Of a stretch of 64,000 nucleotides of DNA, positions 53,237-64,000 are shown one piece after another. The notes beneath the pieces are model-generated. The model ran no database searches, was not told the origin of the DNA, and saw only the letters and a program-made list of their open reading frames with translations. Source of the stretch: an uncultured Gemmatimonadaceae bacterium (GTDB lineage Bacteria > Gemmatimonadota > Gemmatimonadetes > Gemmatimonadales > Gemmatimonadaceae); assembly GCA_963781585.1 (NCBI GenBank), contig CAWAGQ010000004.1, positions 416,001-480,000 on the forward strand. The letters are read 5' to 3'. The stretch's first letter is position 1, and each line of letters opens with the position of its first letter. The position numbers and the translations under genes were made by a program.

Positions 53237-53545
53237 ATGGCAACCAAAAGTGCGGTAGCGACGAAGATGACGCCGCTGGCCGACCGGGTCGTCGTCAAGG
53301 CGCTCGAGGAAACCGAGACCATGCGCGGCGGTTTGTACATCCCGGACACCGCGAAGGAAAAGCCGCAGCAGGGCGAGATCGTGGCCGTTGGACCAGGACG
53401 CACCGAAGATGGCAAGCGCGTGCCCATGGAAGTGAAGGTCGGTGACAAGGTGCTCTATGGAAAGTACTCCGGCACGGAGGTCACCGTTGATGGCGATCAA
53501 TACCTCATTCTGCGCGAGAGCGACGTGCTCGCGGTGATTCTGTAG
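53237..53545 (+). CDS. groES: Co-chaperonin GroES
   Basis: [28 protein letters not shown]. Confidence 0.97.
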   Translation: MATKSAVATKMTPLADRVVVKALEETETMRGGLYIPDTAKEKPQQGEIVAVGPGRTEDGKRVPMEVKVGDKVLYGKYSGTEVTVDGDQYLILRESDVLAVIL

Positions 53546-53651
53546 CGCCGCGCGGCGAGAGCGCTCGGCGCGTTTTGTGTCGATCGCCACGCCGGTGCCG
53601 GCAGTTCGCGCTCTGCGTCGAACCGACCCCAAACTTTTCCCGGATTACTGA

Positions 53652-55283
<1,632 letters not shown>

Positions 55284-55286
55284 TCG

Positions 55287-55346
55287 AAGGCCAAAGGCCA
55301 AAGCCATAGGTAAAAGGCCAAAGGCCAAAGGCCAAAGGCCAAAGGC
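55287..55346 (+). repeat. Tandem heptamer repeat (AAAGGCC)n, about 8 units, partly degenerate
   Basis: aaggccaaaggccaaagccataggtaaaaggccaaaggccaaaggccaaaggccaaaggc. Confidence 0.9.
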
Positions 55347-55355
55347 TCTGCAGTC

Positions 55356-55391
55356 CGAGGGGCCCCGGGAAATTCCGGGGCCCTTCGCGTT
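55356..55391 (+). terminator. groESL terminator hairpin
   Basis: CGAGGGGCCCCGG-GAAATT-CCGGGGCCCTTCG. Confidence 0.7.
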
Positions 55392-55540
55392 GGCGGGAGG
55401 CCATGCGACCCAGTTGCGTCTGGAGGCCCCTTGCCTCGGGCCATGGTCTCAGGACTCCGGCCTCTGGACTCCGGCCCACCCTTGCCACCCCCCAACCCTT
55501 TTCCTTATTACAGACTCTAAATAGAGACTCTGGAGGTGCG

Positions 55541-55882
55541 ATGGCAGCCGCGATGTCGGTGGTGAAGGGCACGCTCGACGTGCTGGTGCTCAAGGCCCTG
55601 AGCTGGACTCCCATGCACGGGTTCGAAATCACGACCTGGCTCGAGGGGCGCTCAGACGGAGCCCTCGGGATCGAAGACTCCGCGCTCTATCAGGCCCTCT
55701 ATCGGCTGGAGGAGCGCGGATTCGTCGCAGCCGAGTGGGGTGTCACCGAGAAGAACCGCCGCGCGCGCTACTACCGGCTCACCCCCGCCGGGCGCGCGCA
55801 CCTCAAGGCGCAGACGGCGCAGTGGGTCCGCTACTCCCGGACCGTCACCGGCATTCTCACCTCAGCGGCGAGCAGCACGTGA
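55541..55882 (+). CDS. PadR-family regulator (acidobacterial type)
   Basis: KGTLDVLVLKAL, HGFEI, SALYQALYRLE, EWGVTEKNRRARYY; GGAGG RBS. Confidence 0.92.
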   Translation: MAAAMSVVKGTLDVLVLKALSWTPMHGFEITTWLEGRSDGALGIEDSALYQALYRLEERGFVAAEWGVTEKNRRARYYRLTPAGRAHLKAQTAQWVRYSRTVTGILTSAASST

Positions 55883-58617
55883 CAGAAAGGCGACCAGCGG
55901 TCAGGCCGGGCATCCGGCGCCTCTTCCGTCTTGCACTCCGACGCCGGGATCAGGTGGTTCGTGATGTCGACGAAGAGATCCGGCTGCACATCGAATTGCG
56001 GGCCGAGCAGCTCATTCAAGAAGGCGTGTCCCCAGCGGCGGCCCGCGAGGAGGCCGAGCGACGATTCGGAGCGGCGGAGAGTGCCCGTGACCACTTGCAT
56101 CGCGTCGCCCGGCGGCGCGAGCGCGCGCTGGGGGTGCGGGAACGCGTCGGCGCGATCGTCGACGATGCGCGCCACGCGGCGCGCGGACTTCGCCGCGACG
56201 GCGCGTTCAGCGCATTCGCGGTGGGCAGTCTGGCGCTCGGCATCGGTGCCAGCGCGGCGACCTACGGCATCGTGGACCGGCTCCTGCTCCGCGGTCCCGA
56301 GCATGTGCGCAACGCGGAGCGCGTGGTGCGTGTCGTGCTGACGGCGAGGCGCGAGGGCTTCGGCGAGGTCAGGACCGGCGACTTCGGATACGTCATGTAC
56401 GATCATCTTCGCCGCGCCGCGCGACTGTTCGACGGCTTCGCCGGCTACGCGATGGAATCGGAGCCAATGGGGCGGGGATCTGCCATTCGCCCCATCGCCG
56501 CGGGGTACGCCACCGCCGATTTCTTCCCGCTGCTTGGCGTGTCCCCCCAGCGCGGCCGGTTCTTCACCGCCGACGAGGACCGGTCCAGCGGGGCGCAGCG
56601 AGTGACGGTACTCGGAGATGCCTTGTGGCGTGTCCAGTTCGGCGCGGACTCGAATGTCGTCGGGAAGACGATCACGATCGGCGGCGAGCCCTTCACCGTG
56701 ATCGGGGTGGCGCCTCGCGGCTTCAGCGGGGTCGACCTCTCGCGCGTGGACGCGTGGCTTCCGATGACGCTGAAGAGCAGCAACACCACCAGCGACTGGA
56801 CCCACAGCTGGGCTGCGGAGTGGATGCGTATCGTCGGACGCGTGCGCCCGGGCGTTTCGCTCGAGGACGCGAGTCGCGACGCGACCGAGGCGCATCGGAA
56901 CACCTACGATGGCGCCTCGGCGGTGCTGGCGCAGGCGCGGCTCGCCGTGGTGCCGGTGCTCTATACGCCGCAGGGGCGCGAGTCCACCCAGAGCACCGTG
57001 GCGCGGTGGCTGATGGGCGTCACGCTCATCGTCCTGCTGATCGCCTGCGTGAACGTGGCGAATCTGCTGGTGGCGCGCACCATCCGGCGGCGGCGCGAGG
57101 TCGCGGTCCGTCTTGCGTTAGGCGTGAGTCGCTGGCGGTTGGGGCGTTTCTTCGTCATCGAGAGTCTGGTCCTGTCGGTGGCCGGCGGGGTGGCCGCGCT
57201 GGGGGTGGCGGCGCTGATCACGGTGCTGGTCCGCGCGTCCCTCCTGGCCGGAGTCGAGTGGACGTCATCCGTGGTGAGCTGGCGCGTGTTCGCGGCAGCC
57301 ATGCTGACGGCCATGGCCTCGGGGCTGGTGGTCGGCGTGGCGCCGGCGATCAGTGCTGCCCGCCGTTCGCTGCAGGGCGCTCTCAGGGCGGGGGCGCGCG
57401 ACGGTGGTGGCCGTCGCCTGCGGCTCAGTATCTGGCCCACCGTGGCGCAGTCCGCGCTCTCGGCGGCATTGCTCATCGCTGCCGGCCTGTTCGTGCGCAG
57501 CCTGGCCCGGGCGCACGCGGTTCCTCTGGGATTCGATGCCGAGCGGGTGCTGTCGGTGCAGCCGAACTTCCAGCCGGTCCCCGCCAACGCGAATGCGACC
57601 ACCAGAGCGGCGGTGCGTGAGGCGCGCATCGCCACCATGCGCCGCGCGCTCCAGAAGGTGCGCACCCTGCCGGGCGTGGAGCACGCGAGCCTGGCGGTGG
57701 GGTCGCCGTTCGGCTACGCCTTTTCGATCTCGCTCTTCCTCCCCGGTGGCGACAGCGTCGCCGCCCTGGAAGGCGGAGGGCCCTACATCAGCGCCGTATC
57801 AGATGGGTACTTCGAAACGGTGGGCACTCGCCTCATTCGCGGCCGCACGTTCGCGGCCTCGGACGGGCCTGGATCCGAGCCGGTGGCCATCGTCAACACG
57901 ACCATGGCAAAGCTGCTCTGGTCGCACGACGACCCGCTCGGCAAGTGCCTCATCGTGGGGTCGCCGACGGCACCCTGTGCGCGTGTGGTCGGCATCGTGG
58001 AAGACGCGCATCGGGAGACCCTGCATGAACCGCCCGCGATGCAGTACTACATCCCGTTCGGTCAGGAGCGCGGGTTCGGCGGCACCGTGGCGCTCGTCCG
58101 TCCGCGGGGACGTCTCAGCGCCCTCGTCATTCCGCTGCGCCGGAATCTGGCAGGTCTGGACGGGCTGCTGGAGTCGGTGAATGTCGTTCCCTTGGAGGAG
58201 CATTTCGACGCTCTGGTGCGTCCGTGGCGGCTGGGTGCGACGATGTTCAGCCTTGGCGGCGTGCTCGCCCTGCTGGTCGCGGGGCTGGGTCTGTACAGCG
58301 TGCTCTCCTACCTGGTGGTGCAGCGCACGCACGAGATCGGCGTTCGCATGGCGTTAGGCGCCAGCGGTCGTCAGATCATGGCCCTGGTGCTCGGCGAGAG
58401 CCTCGTCACCGCCTCCGTGGGCGTCGCGCTCGGCGTGGCGGCGTCGTGGTACGCGGGTCGCTATCTCGAGGGACTGCTGTTCGAGACCTCGGCGCACGAC
58501 CCCGGCGTCCTGTTTGCCGCGGCGCTGACGCTGCTCGGTGCGGCCACCGCCGCGGCGCTTCTCCCCGCGCTGCGGGCCCGGCGCGTGGATCCTGTGCGGG
58601 CGCTGTCCGCGGAGTAG
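55879..58617 (+). CDS. ADOP-type duplicated MacB/FtsX ABC permease
   Basis: EEIRLHIE N-terminal motif, two MacB-PCD/FtsX units (IACVNVANL..RRREVAVRLALG; RTHEIGVRMALGA), DPVRAL. Confidence 0.88.
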   Translation: MTERRPAVRPGIRRLFRLALRRRDQVVRDVDEEIRLHIELRAEQLIQEGVSPAAAREEAERRFGAAESARDHLHRVARRRERALGVRERVGAIVDDARHAARGLRRDGAFSAFAVGSLALGIGASAATYGIVDRLLLRGPEHVRNAERVVRVVLTARREGFGEVRTGDFGYVMYDHLRRAARLFDGFAGYAMESEPMGRGSAIRPIAAGYATADFFPLLGVSPQRGRFFTADEDRSSGAQRVTVLGDALWRVQFGADSNVVGKTITIGGEPFTVIGVAPRGFSGVDLSRVDAWLPMTLKSSNTTSDWTHSWAAEWMRIVGRVRPGVSLEDASRDATEAHRNTYDGASAVLAQARLAVVPVLYTPQGRESTQSTVARWLMGVTLIVLLIACVNVANLLVARTIRRRREVAVRLALGVSRWRLGRFFVIESLVLSVAGGVAALGVAALITVLVRASLLAGVEWTSSVVSWRVFAAAMLTAMASGLVVGVAPAISAARRSLQGALRAGARDGGGRRLRLSIWPTVAQSALSAALLIAAGLFVRSLARAHAVPLGFDAERVLSVQPNFQPVPANANATTRAAVREARIATMRRALQKVRTLPGVEHASLAVGSPFGYAFSISLFLPGGDSVAALEGGGPYISAVSDGYFETVGTRLIRGRTFAASDGPGSEPVAIVNTTMAKLLWSHDDPLGKCLIVGSPTAPCARVVGIVEDAHRETLHEPPAMQYYIPFGQERGFGGTVALVRPRGRLSALVIPLRRNLAGLDGLLESVNVVPLEEHFDALVRPWRLGATMFSLGGVLALLVAGLGLYSVLSYLVVQRTHEIGVRMALGASGRQIMALVLGESLVTASVGVALGVAASWYAGRYLEGLLFETSAHDPGVLFAAALTLLGAATAAALLPALRARRVDPVRALSAE

Positions 58618-58629
58618 ACCGGGCGGCGA

Positions 58630-60342
58630 TCAGTTCCGCGATGGGAACGGTGCGCCCTGTGGAATCGCCGCTCCGTCGTGCCGCGGTTCCGACGCGCCGA
58701 AATGCACTCCGTCGGGCCGCGACAGCACCGCCTGTCCCCAGCCGAACGTGCCGCTGCGCAGCGGTACGGTGTGGACCTCGTGACCGAGTGCCATCAGCGA
58801 GTCGCGCACCGCCGCCGGGATGAGCGCTTCCACCTGCACGTCGCACCCTGAAAAGCTCCCTTTGGTGAAGCGTCCCGCCTCGAGGGCCTGCTGTATCGTC
58901 ATGCCGTAATCGGCGATGTTGGAGACGAACTGCGCATGCGCCTGGGCCTGATTCCAGCCCCCCATGATCCCGAATCCGATGCGGACGCCGTCCTTCTCCA
59001 TGAATCCGGGGATGATCGTGTGAAGAGGGCGCTTGTGGGGCGCCAGCGTGTTCGGCTGGTCCGGCTGGAGCGTGAACAGGGCACCGCGATTATGCAGCAC
59101 GAATCCGGTGCCGGGCGCAACCAGCCCGGATCCGAACGCCGAGTAGTTGCTCTGGATGAGCGACACGATATTGCCGTCCTTGTCGATCACCGTGAGATAG
59201 ATCGTGTCTCCACCGTGGACGTCCTCGAAACGGGCGATCTCACCGGGTAGCGCGGTGCAGGCCGCGCGCGTCATGTCGATCGCCGCGGCGCGTCGGTCCG
59301 CAAACGGCGCGGCCAGCATCTGCGCCGTGGGGATGGTCGAGAATCTCGGATCGCCCACGTAGTGCAGCATGTCGGAATACGCGAGCTTCTTCGCCTCGAT
59401 CATCACGTGCATCGCACGCGTGCTGTGGAAACCCCATTCGCCAAGCGGATACTTCTCCATGAGGTTGAGCATCATGAGCGCGGCGATCCCCTGGCCGTTC
59501 GGCGGCATCTCGTACACGGTCCACCCGTGATAGGTGGTGTGAATCGGGTCCTGCCACTCGGGCTGGAATCCCCGGAGGTCGGCGGCCGTCATGGTGCCGC
59601 CCAGCTTCCGCGAATAAGCCACGATCGCCTCGGCCGTCGGTCCGGTGTAGAAGCCGTCCCGACCATGTTCGGCGATCCGGCGGAGGCTCTGCGCCAGGTC
59701 GGGATTGCGAAAGACATCACCCTCGCGGGGCGGGTGTCCGCCGGGCAGGTACGTCGCCCTGGCGTTCGGGTCCCCGTTGATTGCGCGTTCTGCGTCGTGC
59801 CACTCCTTGGCGATGACCTCGGTGACCGGAAAACCTGCCTCGGCGTAGTGGATTGCCGGCGCGAGCAGTTCGCTGAATGGCTTGGTACCGAACCGTGACC
59901 GGAGCACGTCCCACCCCGCCACCGCGCCCGGCACGATGACGGAGTAGATACCGTTGTGCGGCATCCGGTCGATATGCCTTGCGGCGAGGAATTCAGGCGT
60001 CAGCCCGGTCGGTGCCCACCCGCCCGAGTTGAGACCGTAGAGTTTTCCGGTCCTCGCCTCATAGACGATGGCGAACAGATCGCCGCCGATGCCGTTCATC
60101 GCCGGTTCCATGAGGCCGATGGCGGCGTTGGCGGCGATGGCGGCATCGACCGCATTGCCTCCGCGCTCGAGAATCTGCGCGCCGGCCTGGGCTGCCAGCG
60201 GCTGACTCGCGGCCACGATGCCGAGTCTGGTGATGACCATCGAGCGGCCGGGAACCGGCAGGGGATTTCCGAGCTGGGCGGCAAGCCACATGGGCGAAAG
60301 GGCGAACGTGAGGGCAAGGGCGATAATCCGGCGACGCTGCAT
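58630..60342 (-). CDS. ggt: Gamma-glutamyltransferase
   Basis: GGNAVDAAIA, GIGGDLF, Thr nucleophile DTIYLTVIDKDGN, KRPLHTIIP; signal peptide. Confidence 0.92.
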   Translation of the reverse strand: MQRRRIIALALTFALSPMWLAAQLGNPLPVPGRSMVITRLGIVAASQPLAAQAGAQILERGGNAVDAAIAANAAIGLMEPAMNGIGGDLFAIVYEARTGKLYGLNSGGWAPTGLTPEFLAARHIDRMPHNGIYSVIVPGAVAGWDVLRSRFGTKPFSELLAPAIHYAEAGFPVTEVIAKEWHDAERAINGDPNARATYLPGGHPPREGDVFRNPDLAQSLRRIAEHGRDGFYTGPTAEAIVAYSRKLGGTMTAADLRGFQPEWQDPIHTTYHGWTVYEMPPNGQGIAALMMLNLMEKYPLGEWGFHSTRAMHVMIEAKKLAYSDMLHYVGDPRFSTIPTAQMLAAPFADRRAAAIDMTRAACTALPGEIARFEDVHGGDTIYLTVIDKDGNIVSLIQSNYSAFGSGLVAPGTGFVLHNRGALFTLQPDQPNTLAPHKRPLHTIIPGFMEKDGVRIGFGIMGGWNQAQAHAQFVSNIADYGMTIQQALEAGRFTKGSFSGCDVQVEALIPAAVRDSLMALGHEVHTVPLRSGTFGWGQAVLSRPDGVHFGASEPRHDGAAIPQGAPFPSRN

Positions 60343-60516
60343 CACGACCTCTCGGGGAGCGCTGTATCGCCAACGCGCGGCCGCCACTCCGTGTTGGGCG
60401 CGCGATACCAGGAAACCGGGCGCGCTCGTCGGCGTGCACGACTCCCGTGATGGCCCGAGTCGGCAATCCACGCGCTCGGGGCACAGGTCCAGGCGCAGAT
60501 CATGCGGGTGTTCGGC

Positions 60517-61326
60517 CTATAGCGCGAGACTCAATTGACGAGGGCTGCGACTCCGCGCCGAGCTCACACTGATCGGCGCGTCCTGCGCGGCGGCGACGAG
60601 CGTGCCCCGAAAGGCCGATCCGCGGAGGGCGCTCCCCATGGCGCGCAGCGCCGCGGCCGGAGTGTTGTTGTTCTCGCTGAGGTGGCAGAGCACGACATGA
60701 CGCAGCCCGCGATGGGCGCAGGCCCGCGCCATGACGCCCGCATCGGCGTTGCTGAGATGGCCGCGCGGACCAGCGATGCGCTGCTTGACCACCCACGGGT
60801 AGCGGCCGTTCCACAGCATGTCGTCGTCGTGATTGGACTCGAGCAGCAGGATGTCGAGGTCGGCAAAATGAGCCGTGAATCGCGGTGTCGCGTGCCCCAG
60901 ATCGTACACCACGCCGACGCGCACACCGCTGGAGCGCGCGGTTGCCACGAGCGCGAGCGGCTCATCGGCGTCGTGCGGTGTGCGCACGAACTGAACGACG
61001 AAGTCCTCCACCGCAAGTTCGCGGCGTGGTTCGACCGGATGCCTGACGACGCCGCGGCGGCTCGAGAGGGCGACGAGCGTCCCCGCAGACGCGTAGACGG
61101 GCCAGTTCCAGCGTCTCGCAGCGGCCGCGGCACCCGCGATATGATCGCCATGCTCGTGCGATACGATCAAGGCGGAGATTGACTCCGGGGCCACATCGAC
61201 CTGCCGCAAGCGACGCGCCAGGGTCGTCGGCGAGAAGCCGGCATCGATCAGCACGCGACATCGATCGCTCTCCAGCACGACCGCGTTGCCCTTGCTCCCG
61301 GATCCCAGGATGTGTACGCGCGTCAA
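60517..61326 (-). CDS. MBL-fold metallo-hydrolase (YycJ/WalJ-like)
   Basis: GSGSKGN, SHEHGDH, PHDA, LESNHD, GHLSN, HLSENNN. Confidence 0.88.
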   Translation of the reverse strand: MTRVHILGSGSKGNAVVLESDRCRVLIDAGFSPTTLARRLRQVDVAPESISALIVSHEHGDHIAGAAAAARRWNWPVYASAGTLVALSSRRGVVRHPVEPRRELAVEDFVVQFVRTPHDADEPLALVATARSSGVRVGVVYDLGHATPRFTAHFADLDILLLESNHDDDMLWNGRYPWVVKQRIAGPRGHLSNADAGVMARACAHRGLRHVVLCHLSENNNTPAAALRAMGSALRGSAFRGTLVAAAQDAPISVSSARSRSPRQLSLAL

Positions 61327-61342
61327 TGGAGGATCACCCGGG

Positions 61343-62536
61343 TCAGTCGGTTCTGAGGCGGCGGGCGTAGGCCGCCGTGAGCTGCCGGCGTGTCCGGTCG
61401 CTCAGCACCACGTGCCGGCGCGACATCATGCGCTCGGCGCTTCGCAGGAATCCCTCCAGCGCGAACGTCTCACCTGTCTCCGTCCCCCACGCAAAGGGCG
61501 GCACCATCTTGGGGGTGGTTTCGCCGCCAAATACGTTGGCCCCCGCGCCGATCACGCATCCGGTCGTGAGCCGCGTGCCGATGGCCGTCTTGGCATGGTC
61601 CCCGAACATCGTGCCGAGGAACTGCATCCCCGTTTCCCGTATGCCGTGCGGCGTCCAGAGTGACACCCGGCCGTACGTGTTCTTCAGATTGCTGTTGACG
61701 GTGGAGGCGCCCAGGTTGACCCATCGCCCGAGAACCGAGTGGCCAATGAAGCCGTCATGCGCCTTGTTGGCGTGTCCCGTGAACACGGTTGTGCTCACCT
61801 CCCCGTGCACCCGGCAGTCATCGCCGATCGAGCTGCCGGTGACGATTCCGCTTTTCACGACCGAACGCTCGCCGATCACGCATGGGCCCGCGAGCCGCGT
61901 GAATGCCTGTATCGCGGCGCCACGCCGGACGAGAATCGGGCCGGCGCTCGCATCGAAGACGACGTAGGGCTCGATGCAGACGTCAGGCTCCAGATAGATC
62001 TGGTGGGTGCCTAACGGAGCGAGCGCGGTGGCGGGCTCCAGACCGAGCCGGGAGGCGAGGGCGGGGATGTCGCTCTCGAGCATGGCCCCGAGGTGTTGGA
62101 CAACGTCCCACACCGCTTCGACCCACCACCCCTCGACGTCAACCGCCGCACCGGCCGCGATCGCGTCGAGCGAGTCCGCGGCCTCGAGACTCGCGCGTGG
62201 GATGGCGTCGCGAACGCGCACGGCGGCCACTCGCCCCTGGCACCGCCAGACCGCGACGTCCCGGGGAACTGAGCGCGCGTCCAGAGAGATCGCACAGCGC
62301 GAATTCACGAGGACGCTGCCCGCTGGAATGTCATCACGCAGGATCGCGGGGGCTCCCGGCTCATCGAAATCGGCCAGGTGGTCCGCAGCCACGATCCCGT
62401 CGGTCGTGTCGTCCAGCGCGATCTCCCACCGGCGCCGAAGGACCTCCGCCCCCAGGCGCAGCTCACAGGCGGGGCGGGTGAGCGCGAAGGGCTCGAAATC
62501 GCGCGCGAGGGCGTCGTCGAAGAAGATCAGGCTCAC
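61343..62536 (-). CDS. GlmU-related putative sugar nucleotidyltransferase with hexapeptide repeats
   Basis: FEPFALTRP, NKAHDGFIGHS, WVNLGA, NLKNTY. Confidence 0.75.
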   Translation of the reverse strand: MSLIFFDDALARDFEPFALTRPACELRLGAEVLRRRWEIALDDTTDGIVAADHLADFDEPGAPAILRDDIPAGSVLVNSRCAISLDARSVPRDVAVWRCQGRVAAVRVRDAIPRASLEAADSLDAIAAGAAVDVEGWWVEAVWDVVQHLGAMLESDIPALASRLGLEPATALAPLGTHQIYLEPDVCIEPYVVFDASAGPILVRRGAAIQAFTRLAGPCVIGERSVVKSGIVTGSSIGDDCRVHGEVSTTVFTGHANKAHDGFIGHSVLGRWVNLGASTVNSNLKNTYGRVSLWTPHGIRETGMQFLGTMFGDHAKTAIGTRLTTGCVIGAGANVFGGETTPKMVPPFAWGTETGETFALEGFLRSAERMMSRRHVVLSDRTRRQLTAAYARRLRTD

Positions 62537-63567
62537 GCGGGCCGACCCAGGTGGGAGGGCAGGGCCTCCACCAGCTCCTTCAGATCAGCCGCGCGTTCCA
62601 CCGTCGTTACCAGCGTCACGTCGCCGTGCGCCACCACAACCAGTCCCGACACCCCGAACAGTACGACCTCCGTACCACCGCAGTGCACCACGTTGCCGGT
62701 GGACTTCATCGCGTGGGCCGGGCCGAAGAGCGCGTTTCCCGATCCGTCCAGCACCCTGGTGCGGAGCAGCGCTGCCCAGGTTCCGACGTCGTCCCAGCCG
62801 AAGTCGCCGCGTACCACGGCCACCCGCGCGCTCCGTTCCAGCACGCCGACGTCGACCGACACACTCCTGACGGCGGCGAAGAAGGCTTGTGCGTCGGTGG
62901 GCGACGATGCGAGCGCTACCGCGACCTCGGGTGTACGCGCGTTGACCTCGTCCAGGAAGTCACCGACCCGCCAGACGAAAATGCCGGAATTCCACAGACA
63001 TCCCTCGGCGATCAGTGTAGCGGCGTGCGCGCGGTCTGGTTTCTCGACGAAGGCCGCCACGCGGTGCGCGCCAGCGTCCAGCCGCTCGCCGGGCCGGATG
63101 TATCCAAGGCCCGGGTCGGGCCGACGGGGAACGACGCCGACGGTCACCAACAACCCGCGCTCCGCGGCAACCGAGGCGGCGCGCCTCAGCGTCTCCCGGT
63201 ATCGCTCGGGATCGGAGACCGCCCAGTCGGCGTGCACGCTGATCATTACCGCCTCGGCGCCCTCCCGTGCCTGGATGCGGGACGCTGCCCAGGTGAGGGC
63301 GGCAGCGGTGCCCGCTGGTCGCGGTTCGGCGATCACGTTGTCGCGGGGAATCTGGGGTGCGAGTTCGCGAATCCCCGGGACCAGCGATCCGCTCGTCAGT
63401 ATCAACGTATGGTCGGGGCCCGCCAGGGGCGCCATTCGATGCACGGTGTCGACCAGCAGGGGCTGGTCGCTTACGAGGGGAAGGAATTGCTTGGGTCGCT
63501 CGGGTGTGCTCAGCGGCCAGAAGCGCGAGCCCACGCCCCCGGCCAGGATCACGACCCACACGGTCAC
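62533..63567 (-). CDS. manC: Mannose-1-phosphate guanylyltransferase
   Basis: ILAGGVGSRFWPLS, PKQFL, FVEKP, WNSGIF, WDDVGTW. Confidence 0.9.
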   Translation of the reverse strand: MTVWVVILAGGVGSRFWPLSTPERPKQFLPLVSDQPLLVDTVHRMAPLAGPDHTLILTSGSLVPGIRELAPQIPRDNVIAEPRPAGTAAALTWAASRIQAREGAEAVMISVHADWAVSDPERYRETLRRAASVAAERGLLVTVGVVPRRPDPGLGYIRPGERLDAGAHRVAAFVEKPDRAHAATLIAEGCLWNSGIFVWRVGDFLDEVNARTPEVAVALASSPTDAQAFFAAVRSVSVDVGVLERSARVAVVRGDFGWDDVGTWAALLRTRVLDGSGNALFGPAHAMKSTGNVVHCGGTEVVLFGVSGLVVVAHGDVTLVTTVERAADLKELVEALPSHLGRPA

Positions 63568-63980
63568 GGAGTCAGCCCTTCGAGCCATTCCGCGGAGACG
63601 CCGGTCAGTTCCGCCGCGCGGAGCAGCAGTTTCTTCGGACTGAATGGCTTGGTCATGAATTCGGTCGCGCCCAGCGACATGGCGCGGTCATGCTGCGATT
63701 CCTGCCCGGCGGCTGTGAGAATGACACACGGGATGTCCTTCCATCGGGCATCGTCTCGCATGCAGGCCAGCACATCGAGCCCGGAGAGCCGCGGCATCAT
63801 CAGGTCAAGCAGCACGAGCCGGATGTCCGGATGTTGCTCGAGCGCCACCAGCGCTTCGCTGCCGTCGGCGACCAGGGTGACCTCGAACGGTCCCTGCTCG
63901 AGCTTCATCTGGATGATGCGACCGATATGCCGCTCGTCTTCAGCGACCAGAATGTGGCGCCGGTCGGCGGAAGCCATCAC
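63564..63980 (-). CDS. Single-domain response regulator (CheY-like)
   Basis: VAEDE, LLDLMMP, ILTA, KPFS. Confidence 0.9.
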   Translation of the reverse strand: MMASADRRHILVAEDERHIGRIIQMKLEQGPFEVTLVADGSEALVALEQHPDIRLVLLDLMMPRLSGLDVLACMRDDARWKDIPCVILTAAGQESQHDRAMSLGATEFMTKPFSPKKLLLRAAELTGVSAEWLEGLTP

Positions 63981-64000
63981 ACGATTGACGCGATGTTCGC

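Noticed and set aside
55287..55346. Possible CRISPR array
   Set aside because: It is a 7-bp tandem repeat without spacers, and no cas genes are in the window.

Overview
GC-rich bacterial chromosome segment (about 69-70% GC by eye). Gene content and order suggest Gemmatimonadota (inference). It is mostly core genome. In order: hprK with a complete mannose-family PTS, HPr and EI; metK; a cobalamin riboswitch with btuFCD-btuB; recO-selB; clpB; tadA; two tRNA-Ser; pyrR-pyrB-pyrC; rpsT; scpAB; a MoxR/Bat cluster; mutL-miaA-bshA-uppP-birA-coaX; CIRCE-groESL; PadR with an ADOP permease; ggt and sugar-nucleotide genes. An accessory-looking block after the tRNAs (about 20.8-32 kb) holds a CarH-like B12 photoreceptor divergent from a fasciclin gene and a fatty-acid desaturase, a Ser/Thr kinase, an intact IS3 element, an Ig-like lipoprotein and an atypical LspA under a sigma54-type promoter. 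The strongest unexplained signal is the non-palindromic octamer CGTTAGGC/GCCTAACG. I found at least 22 exact copies by eye, on both strands, in several reading frames, often forcing rare codons. Counts and motifs were read manually and no database searches were run.
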